Positions 12,256 to 25,799 of a stretch of DNA of 64,000 bases are shown piece by piece (the stretch's first letter is position 1; each line of letters begins with the position of its first letter). The stretch comes from Lama glama (lineage: Eukaryota): the NCBI GenBank assembly GCA_028534125.1, contig CM052817.1, positions 44,456,001 to 44,520,000 of the forward strand, written 5' to 3'. The notes beneath the pieces were generated by a model. The model had not been told where the DNA came from. It worked only from the letters and a program-made list of their open reading frames with translations, and did not search any database. The translations under genes were made by a program, and so were the position numbers.

Positions 12256-13650
12256 CTTACCAATACCGTTTGGCATTCTTTCCATTATCCCAAATAAACA
12301 AAGTTTTAATGTGAAAAGCATAACTATTTGAAACATAAGAGTCTTTGCTAAAGAATAACAACAACACAGCAACACACAACTGGCTCCTGCCACAGCTACA
12401 CAGGAAATTCCCTGGTTTATCTGGACTCGTGGATGTTGATGCCTTAGGAAACCAATGCCAATATCTGTTGAATATTGAAAATTATTTCTAAGGACTGTTC
12501 AATGGTCAGTCTAAACACAACCAAGAAAGAATACACTTGAAACATGGGTTGTTTGCTTCAGAGAGAAAATAGGAAGAATATATGGTGTGCTCCCTTCTCC
12601 AATGGGGATTTGGGTTTAGTGCGAACACTTTTGAACTTCTAATGTGATACTCACTTTGACAAATTTTAATTTTTTGAACCACTCACAGCAAAATGTGAAA
12701 AACAAATGAATAACTATCCTGATGAATAAAATGTTAAAATGGACATTTAAAGTAACGAAATGCATTTAAGACTGCTCCAAACCTGGGCAATAATTTATTT
12801 CATGAAGTGGTGATGGTTAGCATGAAAGGGGAAAACCCCATTATCTCATTCAGCTTCTCAGAGTTAGTTACTCCTGATCACAGTCCTTTCCCCCAAATAG
12901 CCCCGTGAGCCCCCAAGTCCTCTAGGCAGACACCTTCCTCACCCTCTCTCCTTATTTAAGGCATCTGCTGCTGCCTGCAGCTGATTCGTATTGACAAAGA
13001 CACCTGTGTTTCCTGTTCTTTGTAGCCCCAGGACCAAGGCTCCAAGGAAAGGCCTTTATGCAACCTGGCTTTTACCTAGAAAGCTCCTTAGGATCTTGCA
13101 GAGGTCAGAACCCAAGGAATGGAGAGGGGAGGACTAGGTAGGCAAAAGTTCACTCACTATTTGTGGCACCACAAATGCAGGTTGGTACAGCACTCCATGG
13201 CAGCACACATGGGTGGCTTTGTGGATCCTGCACCAAAACTGCACAGGTCTAAACAGAAGCAAAAAGGAAAACGAGAACAACAGAACCAGCAGAATAAGGC
13301 TCGAAGGGGTGGCTGCCGACGGTGAAGGGAGTCAGCAAGTTTTTGTCCTTATTGAAACAAAGACCATTTTCAATGTTATGGGGGTCACTGACTAAGTAAC
13401 AGCAGCCTCAAGTCATTCAGGAGACAAGGATTGACAGCCCTCTCTTTGGAAAGTCTTGGTTGAAAGACTAGAACTGTATCCTGGAGATTGGAAGCAACCT
13501 AAGTGTTCATAAAGAAAGTGGTTAAATTAATTCTGAAGCACATGGTGCAGCATTTGAAAGTAAGAGTTCTTTATATATTCTGGATACAAGTCTCTTATCA
13601 GATATGTGATTTATAAGTATTTTCTCCCATTCTGTGGGTTGTCTTTTCAG

Positions 13651-13795
13651 TTTTTTTTTTAATTTTGTGTGGGAGGAGGTAATTAGGTTTATTGATTAAT
13701 TGATTTTATTATTTTTTTAATGGAGATACTAGAGATTGAACCCAGGACTTCGTGCATGCTAAGCATGTGCTCTACCACTGAGCTATGTCCTCCCC
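13651..13795 (-). mobile_element. Camelid tRNA-Ala-derived SINE (vic-1 type)
   Basis: Minus strand GGGGAGGACATAGCTCAGTGGTAGAGCACATGCTTAGCATGCACGAAGTCCTGGGTTCAATC (Pol III A/B boxes), then A-rich linker, CCTAATTACCTCC and an A tail. Confidence 0.88.
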
Positions 13796-14689
13796 TGCAA
13801 TAAGGGCAGAAGAGAGAACAGAAAAAGAAACATCCAACTCCTAAAAACATGAAGATGTGATTGAACATGTGTGTGAAACACACACACAATGAAGAATATT
13901 CACTAGGCTGTTAACTGAAGTTACTTGGGAGAGGTGGAATGGGGGAAATGTTAACTTTCTCATTTTACTTTTTTTGCGTTGTACAAGACCAAGTAATGAA
14001 AATGAAAACTATAAAACTGATTGTAGATAGACACTTATGAAGAAGGACAAGAAGGTTCAGCAAACCTGCCTTTGACTGGAACTTGGGCATGACTAAAATG
14101 TTTACCCTTCACCTAGATGCATGGTCTAATAAATATGATATTTGTTATCAGAGGGGTTTATGTAATGTGAAATAACAAGAGCTTTCAGAGGAAAATTTCA
14201 TAAAAAGGTGTGAAATTCCAGAAGTTATCAGATTTATATACCACCAGCATCCCAGATGGCCATGTCTAGAAAGTAAAGAAAAATCCACTGGGACTGCATT
14301 GGCTGATAACTGTCCACAGATCTGGTCACGGCTCATTTATGCATGTGGTCCTCACTTGTTATTGCTGTGTCACTGATGCCATTACACCTTTTCTTGGACA
14401 CCTTTTCCAAGGAATTAATTTTTATGCCTAGAATAATATGACAGTATAAGGTAAGGAGAATTCAGTTCTGGATGTGATTTAGATAATACCATTAAATTTT
14501 CAACTTCCCTTATATTTTAGTTGACAGAATATCATTCAAGAAGTTTCAGAAGAGCTTAGATAAGGGAATTATCCCATTCACCCTTTCCCCTCCTCCTTTC
14601 TCCTTCTCTCTCCTTGACCCATTTCAATTTAAGTACTACTTAATGAGCACCTGTACAGGGTTGTGGCTATCAGGATAGATGAGGTCTTC

Positions 14690-14779
14690 GGGGGAGGGGT
14701 TGGCTCAGTTGGTAGCGTGCGTGCCTAGCATACACAAGGTCCTGGGTTCAACCCCCAGCACCTCCATCAAAGAAGAAGA
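14690..14779 (+). mobile_element. Camelid tRNA-Ala-derived SINE (vic-1 type, short form)
   Basis: GGGGAGGGGTTGGCTCAGTTGGTAGCGTGCGTGCCTAGCATACACAAGGTCCTGGGTTCAACC. Imperfect TSD aggatagatgaggtc / aggatggatgaggcc. Inserted in an L2 remnant. Confidence 0.85.
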
Positions 14780-15949
14780 AGGATGGATGAGGCCCTAGCA
14801 CTGACTTCAAGGAGCTCAGTTTAAGTGGGAAACTCAGATATCTAAAGAAGTTATTTCCATAACATAAGGATAGTTAGGTGTGGTGGCCAAGAGCTTGCCA
14901 GCAGTGTGCAAAGTTAATTGATCTCACTAAGCCTCAGTTTTTCCTCTATAAAATAATAATTACACCTCCCACAGGTCTTGCAAAGATTATATGAACTAAT
15001 CATTGAGTGTTTGTGTCTGTTGGGCATGACTAAAACTGAGATATTAATGGTTCTTATTCCCACCACTGAGTTTCTTCATAGTCCTGTCTTTCCTCCCAGT
15101 TGGCGTCATTCATTAACCAAGGAAGGGATGACTTAGCAGAACTCACATAACAAAAAAATCCAGGTTTAAGATTTGAAAGACAACTCAGGGCCAGTTTTTC
15201 TCCAGTAGACATTACAGCTTTCTCAGACAAACAAAGGGTAAGGGGAGTAAGAAGGGAACTGAAGGGGAATCAGAAGCGGGAGCAACTCTGAGGCTTTTAT
15301 GGGAAGCTCCAGCTAGGTGTAGAGACTTGAGAGCAGAAAGTATGTAGGTCCTGACTTCAAGCAAGAGTCTGGAGAACTGGCTCAGTCCCAGAGAGGCTGG
15401 GAACTCAGCACAGAGTAGGAGTTAAGAAACGTCTGTGTGGTGCACCCAGGTGGGAGAGAGATGCTTTCACCAATCCTCCTCACCCAGAGTGGTCTAGGAG
15501 AGGCAGAATGTTTCTGGTGATGTCAAGAGGGCATAGATGCCTGCTGGATCTGAGGAGGCTGCAGACACCACCATCTCAGCTTGGATGGTGACCAGACACG
15601 TCTGATACCAGTATGGGAAGATGGTGACATAGAGACCAAAGTTGCAATTTTACCTGACTTCCCAGCAACACACACACACCCCTGGACTCTGCATGAGCCC
15701 CTCACAATGCAGCTGCAACCCTAGGAGCTGGAGGAGACTCTGAATGGGCTGATATTAAGTTTGTCTCCTCGCTGAATGAGGTCTCAAAACAGAAATTATA
15801 GTCCATTATTTTTAAAAAGAAACTGATACATTTCTCAGATCATTGTGTTTGCAGCTCCAGATGTGAAGCCACCAACCATGCAAAATGCTCAGCACTGTGC
15901 CTAGAACATGAGAGCTCAAATATGGTAGCTATTTTCACTTCGATTAACA

Positions 15950-16360
15950 GATCTATGAGCTGGTAGCAAATAGAGGAGAGGACTTTCATGTCAGGGAAGG
16001 GTATAGACAAGATGTTTGAGAGAGATCCTGAAGGATGTGCATGAGCTGACTGGGGTAGGAGGAGGGGAAATAAAGGTCAGGGCAGAAAGTTTGAAGGTCC
16101 CAAAGTATCAAAAAGCACAGTTCCCCAACTGGGGAACAGGAAGTGACACGGCCAAGGGATGGGCAGGTGGCAAACAACACAGTCAGAGAGTTAGATGATG
16201 GAAGGGAGCCTTTTGGGTCATCTTCAGGATTTAGACTTTATCTGGTAGGCAATGAGAAATCACTAAAAGTTTTACACCAGTGTCATGATCGAATATGCAC
16301 CTTCAAGAAATCACGCTGGTGGCAGGTGGAGGATGAAGTAAACAGGAGGAGGTGGGCTCG
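15950..16360 (-). mobile_element. L2 remnant
   Basis: GACTTTATCTGGTAGGCAATGAGAAATCACTAAAAGTTTT and purine-rich antisense L2 character. Confidence 0.6.
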
Positions 16361-16429
16361 TTGATTGTGACCATCATGCCTTTGTCACTAAGGTGAAATC
16401 CCACTCCTGTGGGGCCAGCATTGCACCAG

Positions 16430-16660
16430 AGTTAAGAGTGCAGCCTCTGGGGTGGAACACTTAGATTTGAATCCTGGCCGCAACATCTACTGTGTGACCT
16501 CAGGCTGGTCATTACCAGCTCCACTGAAGCAGCTTCCTCAGCTGTAAAATGAGAGCTAAAAATTGGACCTGCGTCATAGGGTTGGAGGAGTTTTAGATGT
16601 AATACTTCACGTGACGCACTTAGAATGTAAAATGCTTATTCAATGTTAGCGCTTATTAAT
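16430..16660 (+). mobile_element. MIR
   Basis: GTTAAGAGTGCAGCCTCTGG...TTGAATCCTGGC...CTGTGTGACCTCAGGC...CTTCCTCAGCTGTAAAATG. Confidence 0.75.
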
Positions 16661-19099
16661 TAGTCTGCCCTTAAAATCATGATTAATGTTGTATGGAGGA
16701 GAATAATGATTATGTTGGAGAACTATGGTAGAAGTCTTCAAACTCATGGTATTCATTTCAATTTTGGTCACCAAGCAAAATTTCAGAGAAGAAAACCCAC
16801 TTTGCAAATTCACGTGTAACAAGTCCAGGTCAAGCACAATTCAAACAACAAAATCTCACTAGCTTAAAAGTGACTGTAGTTGTTTGTGCTGGAGAAAGGG
16901 TTTTTCCTTTTCAACCCTGAAGCTCTGAACAGGGTTGATGTGAACTACTAACAGCGCAACCTTCCGGAAGGAGGCGAAGTGTGCTTGCTGCATGAAGAGC
17001 ATTAGACTCTTGGAAAAAGACACGTGATCTAGGTGACAATGAGTACTGACAGCCCAGAATCCTGACAGGTAAGACTCTAGAAGTGACAGGTCCTTAAGAG
17101 CATGGGTTCAGCTGGAGTGCATTCAAATACTGGTGTGTCCTTGACACCGGGGAGAACGTACACAGGGAAAATGGGGAGGTGGCGTGCACCAGGGCGTTCA
17201 GGGCTGAGCCCACCAGCATCCTCAACCTACCCTGTGCCTGGAAGACATGTGAACATTATTTTCTGTCAAGGGAGGTGAATGTCTTAATTGATGGTGTCCA
17301 AGGAGCGTAAGTACTGAGGACTGAAGTTGTTTCTGGGACATAGTTGAAACTGTAAGCTGGAAAACATTTTTCTTTCCAGAAAAATATTCCTAAGTTCCTG
17401 AAGATACAGATGAAGATAAATAAGGATGGGAGCGGGGAGGTGTGACGAGGGGGAAGCAAAACCAATTTAGGGCTGGAATTCAGTTCAGTTTCTGTCATTG
17501 GCTTGCAGCTTGTATTTTGGGAATACAGGAACTGCTTCCTTGTCTGAGAGCCCGCCTGGGGACTGGGTGGGGAGAAAGAGTCACTGAGACAGTGCAAAAG
17601 ATGAGAGATGGAAAGGGAGAAAGACTGGGCAGAGTAGATGAAAACACCCGCACGCCTGGACAGCAGTAGGTGGTGGGTTTTACGGCTGAGTAGAGGTATC
17701 TGAATCTAACCACATGTAATATCTAAGGAGAAAGCAGAACTGGAAATGGAGGCAGGTGATACTGCTATGAAATGTCATACAAACTGAACAAATGATCCAT
17801 AGAAATTTGTCTCAATGACTAAAACCATCATGTTATTCCACTGCTTACAAACCTATGACTTATTTATTGTAAAGAACCACTGCCTTGACCAAGAGAATTC
17901 ATCAGATGCCAACAATGAATTCTTCATACGGATACAAAACATCAACAAAACCAAAATTAGTTCTTTTTTAAAATTGTTCATTGATTTGGCACTTCTGGTT
18001 TTTCCGTTAGATCAGAACCTTAGGACTTTCAAAAAGTACACCTTATTACTGTTACTCATAGCATCAAGACATCTATTCTACTGACTAGGTTTTCTCCCTA
18101 AGATTGTGTTATATGAAGTCTTAAATACACATAAATATTTTAAATACTTAAATGATATCAACATTGACATACACTGCTTTAAGAACAATCCAAAGTGCTA
18201 CAGAAGTGTAACGTCAAGGGATAAAAACAGGAAAAGTTGCTAGGGTAAAAACCAAGTGGAATTTCTGAAATGTAGATGACTTGCTTTGACGATTTACTGC
18301 CACTGAGGTTTAGACAACAAGTAATTTAATGTTTACATATTTTTCTAAAGGAGTTCAATCCTATTTGGTGCTTCAGGTTTAAAAAAATCACCTTCATTTG
18401 TAAACTTATTTTTGAAAATAAAATTTTCCACTAGCTAGTTGGCAGCTTCCTTGGTCTGGAAGTATTAGCGTCTCTGGCTCGTAAAAGAAAAACAGAGAAA
18501 TTAAATGTAGCTCTTGTTTACTTTTTTGGCAGTCTCACTTTAACTATTTAACTTAAAGAAGCCAATTTGCCTCTACTTTTTTTTTTTTAAAAAACCCACA
18601 AACAATGCACTTTAAAAAAAAGCTTCTAGCCACCAAGCACCATGATAATAGGTCATTTTCTAGGATCTTTTTCATCTGCCTCAAGTCAAACAGGTTCATT
18701 TTATACTTTCACATGTAGATTCCAGCAAGAGGAAAATTTTTCTTGACTTTCCGGCTTATTTGCTTTTAAGCACAAGTTTCTCCCAGGAGGTGTTCAGGAA
18801 GCTATTCTACTCCAAGCCGGATGTCAGTGTTATTCCACATACTTTAGTGCCTTTGCCTGGGAACTAGAAGATAAGATGGGAGAGAGAATTTCTTTTTAAA
18901 GTTCTTGTAATCAGCACCTTTGGGAGGTGTCCAAAGTGTGGTTGTATTGGCCAAAGGCAATAAGATAGCAGGGTCCTGGGCAGATTGTGGCAGGCTGTTG
19001 GCCACCATTTCTCGGTGGTAGACCAGAAAGAGCTGAGCTGTAGCCTATCAGTCACAGTAACAGCCACCAATTATTTTGTATCCACTATTAACTTTTCTT

Positions 19100-19580
19100 A
19101 ATATAATTCTTATTTTTAATTGAAGTGTAGTCAATTTACAATGTTAGTTTCATGTGTAAGCAAAGTGATTCAGTTATTCATATACATACACATATATATT
19201 TTTCAGATTCTTTTCCATTACAGCTCATTGCAAGAAATTGAATATAGTTCCCTGTGCTACGCAGTAGGTCCTTGTTGTTTATCTGTTTTATATACAGTAA
19301 TGTGTATCTATTAATCCCGAACTCCTAATCTATCCCTCCACCCTTCTCCCCCCTGATAACCATAGTTTGTTTTCTATGTCCATGAGTCTATTTCTGGTTT
19401 GTAAATAAAAGTTGTATCTTTTTTTAGAGTCCACATATAAGCGCCATCATGTGATCTTTGTCATTCTCTAACTTACTTCACTTAATATGATAATCTCTAG
19501 GCCCAACCATGTTGCTGCAAATGGCATTATTTCATTCTTTTTAATGGCTGAGTAATATTCCATTATATAGAGAGAGAGAG

Positions 19581-19617
<37 letters not shown>

Positions 19618-19875
19618 GCCACACCTTCTTCATCCAGTCATCTGTCAATGGACATTTAGGTTGTTTCCACATCTTGGCTATTGTAAATAGTGCTACTATG
19701 AACACTGAGGTGCAGGTGTCTTTTTGAATTATACTTTTATCCAGATGTATATCCAGGAGTAGGATTGCTGGATCATATGATAGTTCTATTTTTAGTTTTT
19801 TGAGGAACCTCCATACCATTCTCCATAGTGTCTGCACCAAACTACATTTCCACCAACAGTGTAGGAGGGTTCCTT
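19100..19875 (-). mobile_element. 5'-truncated lineage-specific L1 (ORF2 end plus 3' UTR)
   Basis: ORF 19541-19897 reads as the L1 ORF2 C-terminus (GTLLHCWW...[17 protein letters not shown]...WKQPKCP). TSD-like tccactattaactttt / tccactactagtttt. It interrupts a MIR. Confidence 0.92.
19569..19617. repeat. Compound (GA)n(CA)n(TA)n microsatellite inside L1
   Basis: Read directly from the sequence. Confidence 0.9.
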
Positions 19876-19879
19876 GTCC

Positions 19880-20095
19880 ACTACTAGTTTTACACATGCC
19901 TCAGGATTCATACACCTTATTTCTAATTTTTACAGTAATACCTCAAGGTAGCCTTGTTACTAGTCCCATTTTACCGAAGAGAAAATGAAGCTCAGATTTT
20001 ATGTAACTTGCCAAAGCCAACAGTGGAGAAGGGGCAGAAGGAAGAATCCAAGAGGACTGTCTGACTCCAAAGCCCAGGCCTTGTTCTCACACCAT
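19880..20095 (-). mobile_element. MIR (split by the L1 at 19.1 kb)
   Basis: CCCATTTTACCGAAGAGAAAATGAAGCTCAGA...GTAACTTGCCAAAG...GTCTGACTCCAAAGCCC. Confidence 0.7.
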
Positions 20096-22374
20096 CCTAG
20101 ATGAGCAGGAGAACATGACAGGTTAAACCACTTTAATAAGAAGATGAGGTTTTGCTGTCTCCTAGGGGGTGAAGGAAAGTGGACACATCCATTCTCTGTA
20201 GACAAAGACCTTATTGCCATTCAGAGCACCCAGAAAAAGAAAGCTACTGAAAACAACTTTTTGCCTCATAGGTCTAGTGGAGGAAGAGCAAAGCCCCAGA
20301 TCTCTCTAGAATGATCTTCTTTTTCCTCAGTAAATGAAATTACTATATTTTTCCCTTAAAAATTGTGCTTTTTCCCTAAATGAAGAGCACTTTAACTTTG
20401 CCTGATTCCATCCGTACCTGACTTGGCTGTAAGGGACAGAGTTTTTCTAACTACATTTAATGAGTCCAATAATTACCATTTTGCAAGCATCAACGGTTTC
20501 CCCCCTTAACCAAGACGATACCAATTTATTCACCAAATGTGCCTTGGCACGTTATTCATATTTTCCTTTGTCTGGGTTGAGCTTCCTTCCTCCACCCCAA
20601 TTTCTACTAAGGAAATTCTAGACAACCTCCCAGGACCTGCAAAATGTATTCCTTTCTCAAGGCAACTTCTCTCTGATCCTTAACTAAAAGCAATTTCTCC
20701 CTCCTCTGAATGTTCAAAAGTACATCATTCAATCATCTGGTAACCCTTACCACATTTTCCCTTGAATAGAGCTATTGGTGCCATTAAAACAAAAAATCTC
20801 CCATCCTAGACTAGGTGTTTCAGGAGCAGGGGTTATGCCTTATGCCTTATGCCTCCTTTATCTCTGATGCCCAAGGTGCCCAGCACATGTTAGTACTGGG
20901 TGAATTAATGTTTCCAGACCATTAAACCCATGCTCGTCAGCTAATTTTTCCGAGTCCAGGTCGTTTTTGTCCCCCTTTGTTGATGTAATAAGTCCTATTC
21001 TTTCAAGACCTCTCCAACCACTCTAACCACCCCCAGAATAGATGAACTAAATTTCTAGTGCTTATATGCGGCTTTTGAAGCACTGTTTGTTTTATTGTGT
21101 GTGTGCCCTGTGTTTCCTGTATTACATCTACTCCTGGGGCTAATGTCCATCTGGATGATGCTATTATTCTTGTTATTAACAATAGTGTTCATTTAACGAA
21201 CACTGTGTCCCAGGCACTCTGCTGAGTGCTTCATTTACCTTATCCTCTCCCTTACAGAACTTTAGGGCCCCCAACTTCTTCCCTCAGCCTGGGTCAGCCC
21301 TCAGCCTTCTCTACTGTAATATATTTCAGGGTTCTGATAACCAGAAAGTAAGATTCTAGAAGGCAGGGAACACATCTCTCCTACTCATGTATCTAATGCA
21401 GTGTGTGGTAGAGAACAGATCCTCGGTAAATGTTCCATCAGAGTTTTGCAACTACACTGAGTTCACAAAACAAGTAGTGCTTTAAAACTTGTTTCCAGAA
21501 ATACCAATGGAAATTTCATATTACTAATTATCAAGTGAGAACCCATCCCCTATCGGTATTGGAACTGCCCGAGTAAGAATTCTGCTGTTTAAAAAAAAAA
21601 AAATCCAGCAAGAGATGCCCACTCTTCATTAAATGGATGTGTTTTAAGCAAAAGAGTGAAAGCCTGTGCTAAGCATTTTGACTTCAAGCTTCCCTTCTGC
21701 TCCCTGCCTGCACCCCGCCTTGCTTATCTCTAGTCCATATTCGTATTGTGTCTAAAGAGAGGACTGGTCTCCTCTTCATGAGCCGGAATGAAAAGATCTG
21801 ATGGGAACTTAAAAGCTCCCCCACAGGAAACTGTCTGAGTCCGTGATTTACATCCCTGGTTTTCTTATTAACTAAGTGCCAGGCTTCAGAAAACTGGAGC
21901 CAACCCAAGTGGGGACCCTGGCAGCTGGTGTGAAATGTGAGACCAAAGACCAGCCAGTCACAGTTGCTGGAGAGTGGGAGGAACAGAGAGGCTAGGTGGG
22001 CAGGAGGGAGGAAATGGCTTCTGGAAATTTATGTGTGCTCCTGGTAAGGAGGATGGTTCTATGTGATCAGAGGACAACTCACCCTCGATCCCCACGATAG
22101 GGGGAGAGTCAGAGAGGCCAGTCCGCTGAGGGCTCCAGGAGGGTTTGTTTCCTCCTTCATTTACATTAGAATGGGCAGGAGAGAGGAAAAGATATGTCAC
22201 CTAGAGAAATACAAGCAGCTGATCACTGTTCATGGAAAACAGGTATCTTTTCCATTACAGAAGAAACATTTAAAAGTTTTGACTTCCTGACATATGAGGT
22301 AAAGAGGACATCCTATAGAATCAGAAGAGTCCATATTTTTAATTCCAGTTTTAAAACAACAGTAAAGAGGAACG

Positions 22375-22535
22375 ATAGGAAGTTGTCATTTAATGGGTAT
22401 AGAGTTTCAGTTTTGCAAGAAGTTCTGGAGATCTGTTGTAGAACAATGCGAATATACTTAATGCTACTGAACTGTACACTTTGTAATACTTAAGATGGCA
22501 AATTTTATGTTATGTGTTTTTTACTACAATTTTAA
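22375..22535 (+). mobile_element. L1MB-like 3' end fragment
   Basis: TTTAATGGGTATAGAGTTTCAGTTTTGCAAGA...GAACTGTACACTT...AAATTTTATGTTATGTG. Confidence 0.8.
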
Positions 22536-23712
22536 CATTTTCAAAGCTTTTTTTTTTTAAATGAAAGAACAAAAAAGAAAAAAAAACCAAATATAATCTG
22601 AAGAGGAAAATACATCACTGCTCCTGTGGCTGCCCCCTCCCCTCTTTTTTTCTCTTCGCAAGCTGCCTCACAGTTACATATAAATATCCTTTCTCTTTAT
22701 GTGGACCAAAGGGGGAAAAAGAGAAATATGTAAGAGTCTGCAGAAGCAGGGAGAAAAACTGTGGGTCTTTCTCTTCCTTTGGAGGAACATCTCTTTTTGA
22801 ACCACTAGCCAATAGGTTATTTTAAAAATTATGTATGGGTAATGGATAATGGCAAAGAAGCTTTTGAAGTCCAAAGAAGTCAAAAGTCTGATAGAGATTC
22901 ATACAGCTAACAGTTAAGGACAGTCATGCCAAGAGGCAAAATAACGAATCCAACTCAATTCCCTTCTAATTCTTTTTCCTATCCCCCCAACCCCATCTTG
23001 TTTTTTCTTTCTTATCCAGTCAGGAAGCTAAGCTATTTATATTGACTGGTTTAATTCAGGGAAGGGACTGTTTTTTAATCTGGCCTTGTTTGCAGTTTTT
23101 TTCTTTTGGAGATGGGTGTTTGTTTTTCAAAGCAACAAACAACAAATGTTGTTTTAATTTATGCTTCCTTTAGTTCTGCAAATTTGGGGGGGGTGAGGGC
23201 CTTTTTGTAAGAGGTAATGAAGCAGAATCCTCTTAATGGCAAGGATAGTTTTCTCACCAAATTAAAACCCATGTATGCTTTAAAAAAATGAAAAAAAAAA
23301 GTAGCTTTTCTTTGGGGAGTAAATAAATTTTAAACTAGGAAACTTCTCACACAGTTTGAGCTTACAATTCCTATCAATACAGGCTGGGGGAGGGAATAAA
23401 AAGGATATTTTCTTTTCTTTTCTTTTCTTATCTTTTTTTGTCCTTAACTTGAAATAACAGAATAATTTACAGCAAGAGGTGTCTGATCAAAACATTTAAG
23501 ACATATGCCTGCTAAAGCAATACACTTAAATGCCAACAGCAGGGATAGAATTTTTTCTATTTTATTTCTCTCTGAAAATATATTACCTTCATTTATTTTA
23601 GCCAAATGAGCTCAGAGCTTTGTAAGAATATCACTTCATTTACATTAGTCTTATGTGTGTACAATGAGACTGGAAAATTTTGCCATGTTTTATTTTTTTA
23701 AGAGGGATAAAT

Positions 23713-23876
23713 CATAGATAAACAAGGTCCTACCGTATAGCACAGGGAACTGTATTTAATACCTTGTAATGGCCCATAATGAAAAGGAATATGTATACAT
23801 GTATAAATGAATCACTATGCTGTACATCAGAAATTAACACAATATTGTAAAACAGCTATACTTCAGTTGAAAAAAA
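23713..23876 (+). mobile_element. Short L1 3'-end insertion with perfect TSD
   Basis: AACAAGGTCCTACCGTATAGCACAGGGAAC...GCTATACTTCAGTTG plus A tail. TSD aagagggataaat at 23700-23712 and 23877-23889. Confidence 0.88.
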
Positions 23877-24059
23877 AAGAGGGATAAATTGTCTTGACTT
23901 TCCCATGGAATCCTTAACAGAAATAGTAGGGAAAGCTTCTGTTTCCTATCTCAGGACACTGAGAAACACTCTTTCCTTCAAGTGTGGAGGCCGCGGCATC
24001 ACACAGATAACAAAGTCAATATTAGTTAAACCTGTCTCTGCTTGGATGTTTCTTTCTGG

Positions 24060-24545
24060 GTGTTCATTCATCTAAAATGCATGTTTTATTGAGCAACTAC
24101 TATGCCTTGGGCACTGTGTGATGGAATCTGTCTGGCAGGCTGGAGGACAGGAAGGCATCCTACACGAACTGGGGGCCTATGAAAAGATTCTAAACTGAGG
24201 TCTAGGGAGTGGGTGGGATTTCACTGGGCAAAGAGACTGGAGAGAAGAGAGCCCAGCAAGACCCAGGAATGGAAAGAAAGCAGTACAGCTGGAGTAGAGC
24301 CCAAAAAAGGAGCAGCAAAGGGGACTGGACGCAGCCTGGACACAAAGGTCTGGGCAGGCAGCTCTGGTCAGGTCCCGGTTAGGAGTCTGAAAGTTTATCC
24401 AAGAAGCAGTGGGAAGCCATTGGAAGTTTTTAAGCAGAGGGATGGGATCAGATTGCATTTGAGAAGGATCATTTTGCCTGCAGTGGCCACTGGTGGGAGG
24501 GGAGCAAGGCCAGAGACCAGTTAGAACGTGGCCCCAGGAGTACAG
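24060..24545 (-). mobile_element. L2 remnant
   Basis: TTCATTCA...TTTATTGAGCAACTACTATGCC...GGGAAGCCATTGGAAGTTTTTAAGCAGAGG...GGCCAGAGACCAGTTAG. Confidence 0.75.
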
Positions 24546-24889
24546 TCTGAAGGTGATGCGTCCTTCCATCCCGACCGTGAGCTCTGTGAGAGCAGGGCTT
24601 TCTGCTTGGCTTACTTACTCTCTCTCAAGCACCAAGAACAGCGTGTGGGACATGGTGGGTGCTCAGATATCTGTTGAACAAATAAAGAGCCTGAAGTAGG
24701 GTAATGCCAGAGAGGATTAAAGAGGAAGATGGGGATAAAAATTAGGAAATGGAATGGATAAGGCCTTGTTAATCTTTTGTGAAACTTTCTTTAAAATGTT
24801 TCTTTATACAGTCATGCTTCTTTGCATCCTTTCCATAATCAATCTACTTGATTCAATATCAACTAAGTTACTTTCCAAATAAGATGCTA

Positions 24890-25340
24890 ACTTTTTGAAG
24901 TGTGTAAATCAATGATTTTTAGTACATTTACAGAGCTGTGAGACAATTACCGAAATCCAGTTTTAGGACATTTCCATCACCTTAAAAAGTTCCCTTATGC
25001 CTTATCCTTGCTCTCACTTCCAACCTCAGGCAACCCGTGATCTGCTGTTTGTTTCTACAGATTTGCCTTGTTCTAGATATTTCAAATAAATGGACCCATA
25101 CGATATATAATCTTTTAGGCCTGGCTTCTTTCACCTAGCAGCATGTTTTTGAGGTTCATCCTCATGTTGTAACATGTTTCAGTACTATAGTTCATTCCTT
25201 TTTATTGTTGAATAGTACCCATTATACACCATATTTTGTTTACCCTTTGAGCAATTGATAGGCATTTGGACTGTCTCCACATTTTGTCTGTTATGAATAA
25301 CGCTGCCATGAACAGTGAACAGTTGTGTACAAGACTTTGA
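24890..25340 (-). mobile_element. Old L1 3' region (L1MC/MD-like)
   Basis: TTTTAGGACATTTCCATCACC, CTGGCTTCTTTCACCTAGCAGCATGTTTTTGAGGTTCATCC, TATGAATAACGCTGCCATGAACA. Confidence 0.8.
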
Positions 25341-25799
25341 ATGGTCAGACAGAGGCCCTGTTAAGTTGGATTAAATGTAGGAGGTGGTGAAAAAAATGGA
25401 GGGGTCAAGGAAGATGCCTAGACTTCAAGCTTGGGCAACTGGATGGATGATGATACAATTCACTGAAAGAGGGAAGAACAGATGAAGAGTAGCTTTGATG
25501 GGAAAGATGACCTCAGTTTTGGGCAAGTGTCTGGGAGACAGAAGTGGGCAGATCCATAGGTCTGGAAGGTTAGGTTTCTCAAAATGTCTAACAAAGGCCT
25601 TTTTTTTCCCCTCTATTTTGAGCAGTCTGTTTCATGTTTAAGACTTACTTCTCAAGCATAATAAAAGCAATTCTTTGCAACTTTGGCTCTTCTCTATATA
25701 AATCTGACCACAAAAGAAATGCATAAAACATCATATCAAATAATTCACTTTGGTTTGCATAATAATTAAAATAACATCTCTTATTTGTTCAGCATTTCT

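Noticed and set aside
16960..16971. 12-bp perfect palindrome CCTTCCGGAAGG (double ETS-like core)
   Set aside because: Several palindromes of this length are expected by chance in 64 kb, and there is no supporting context.
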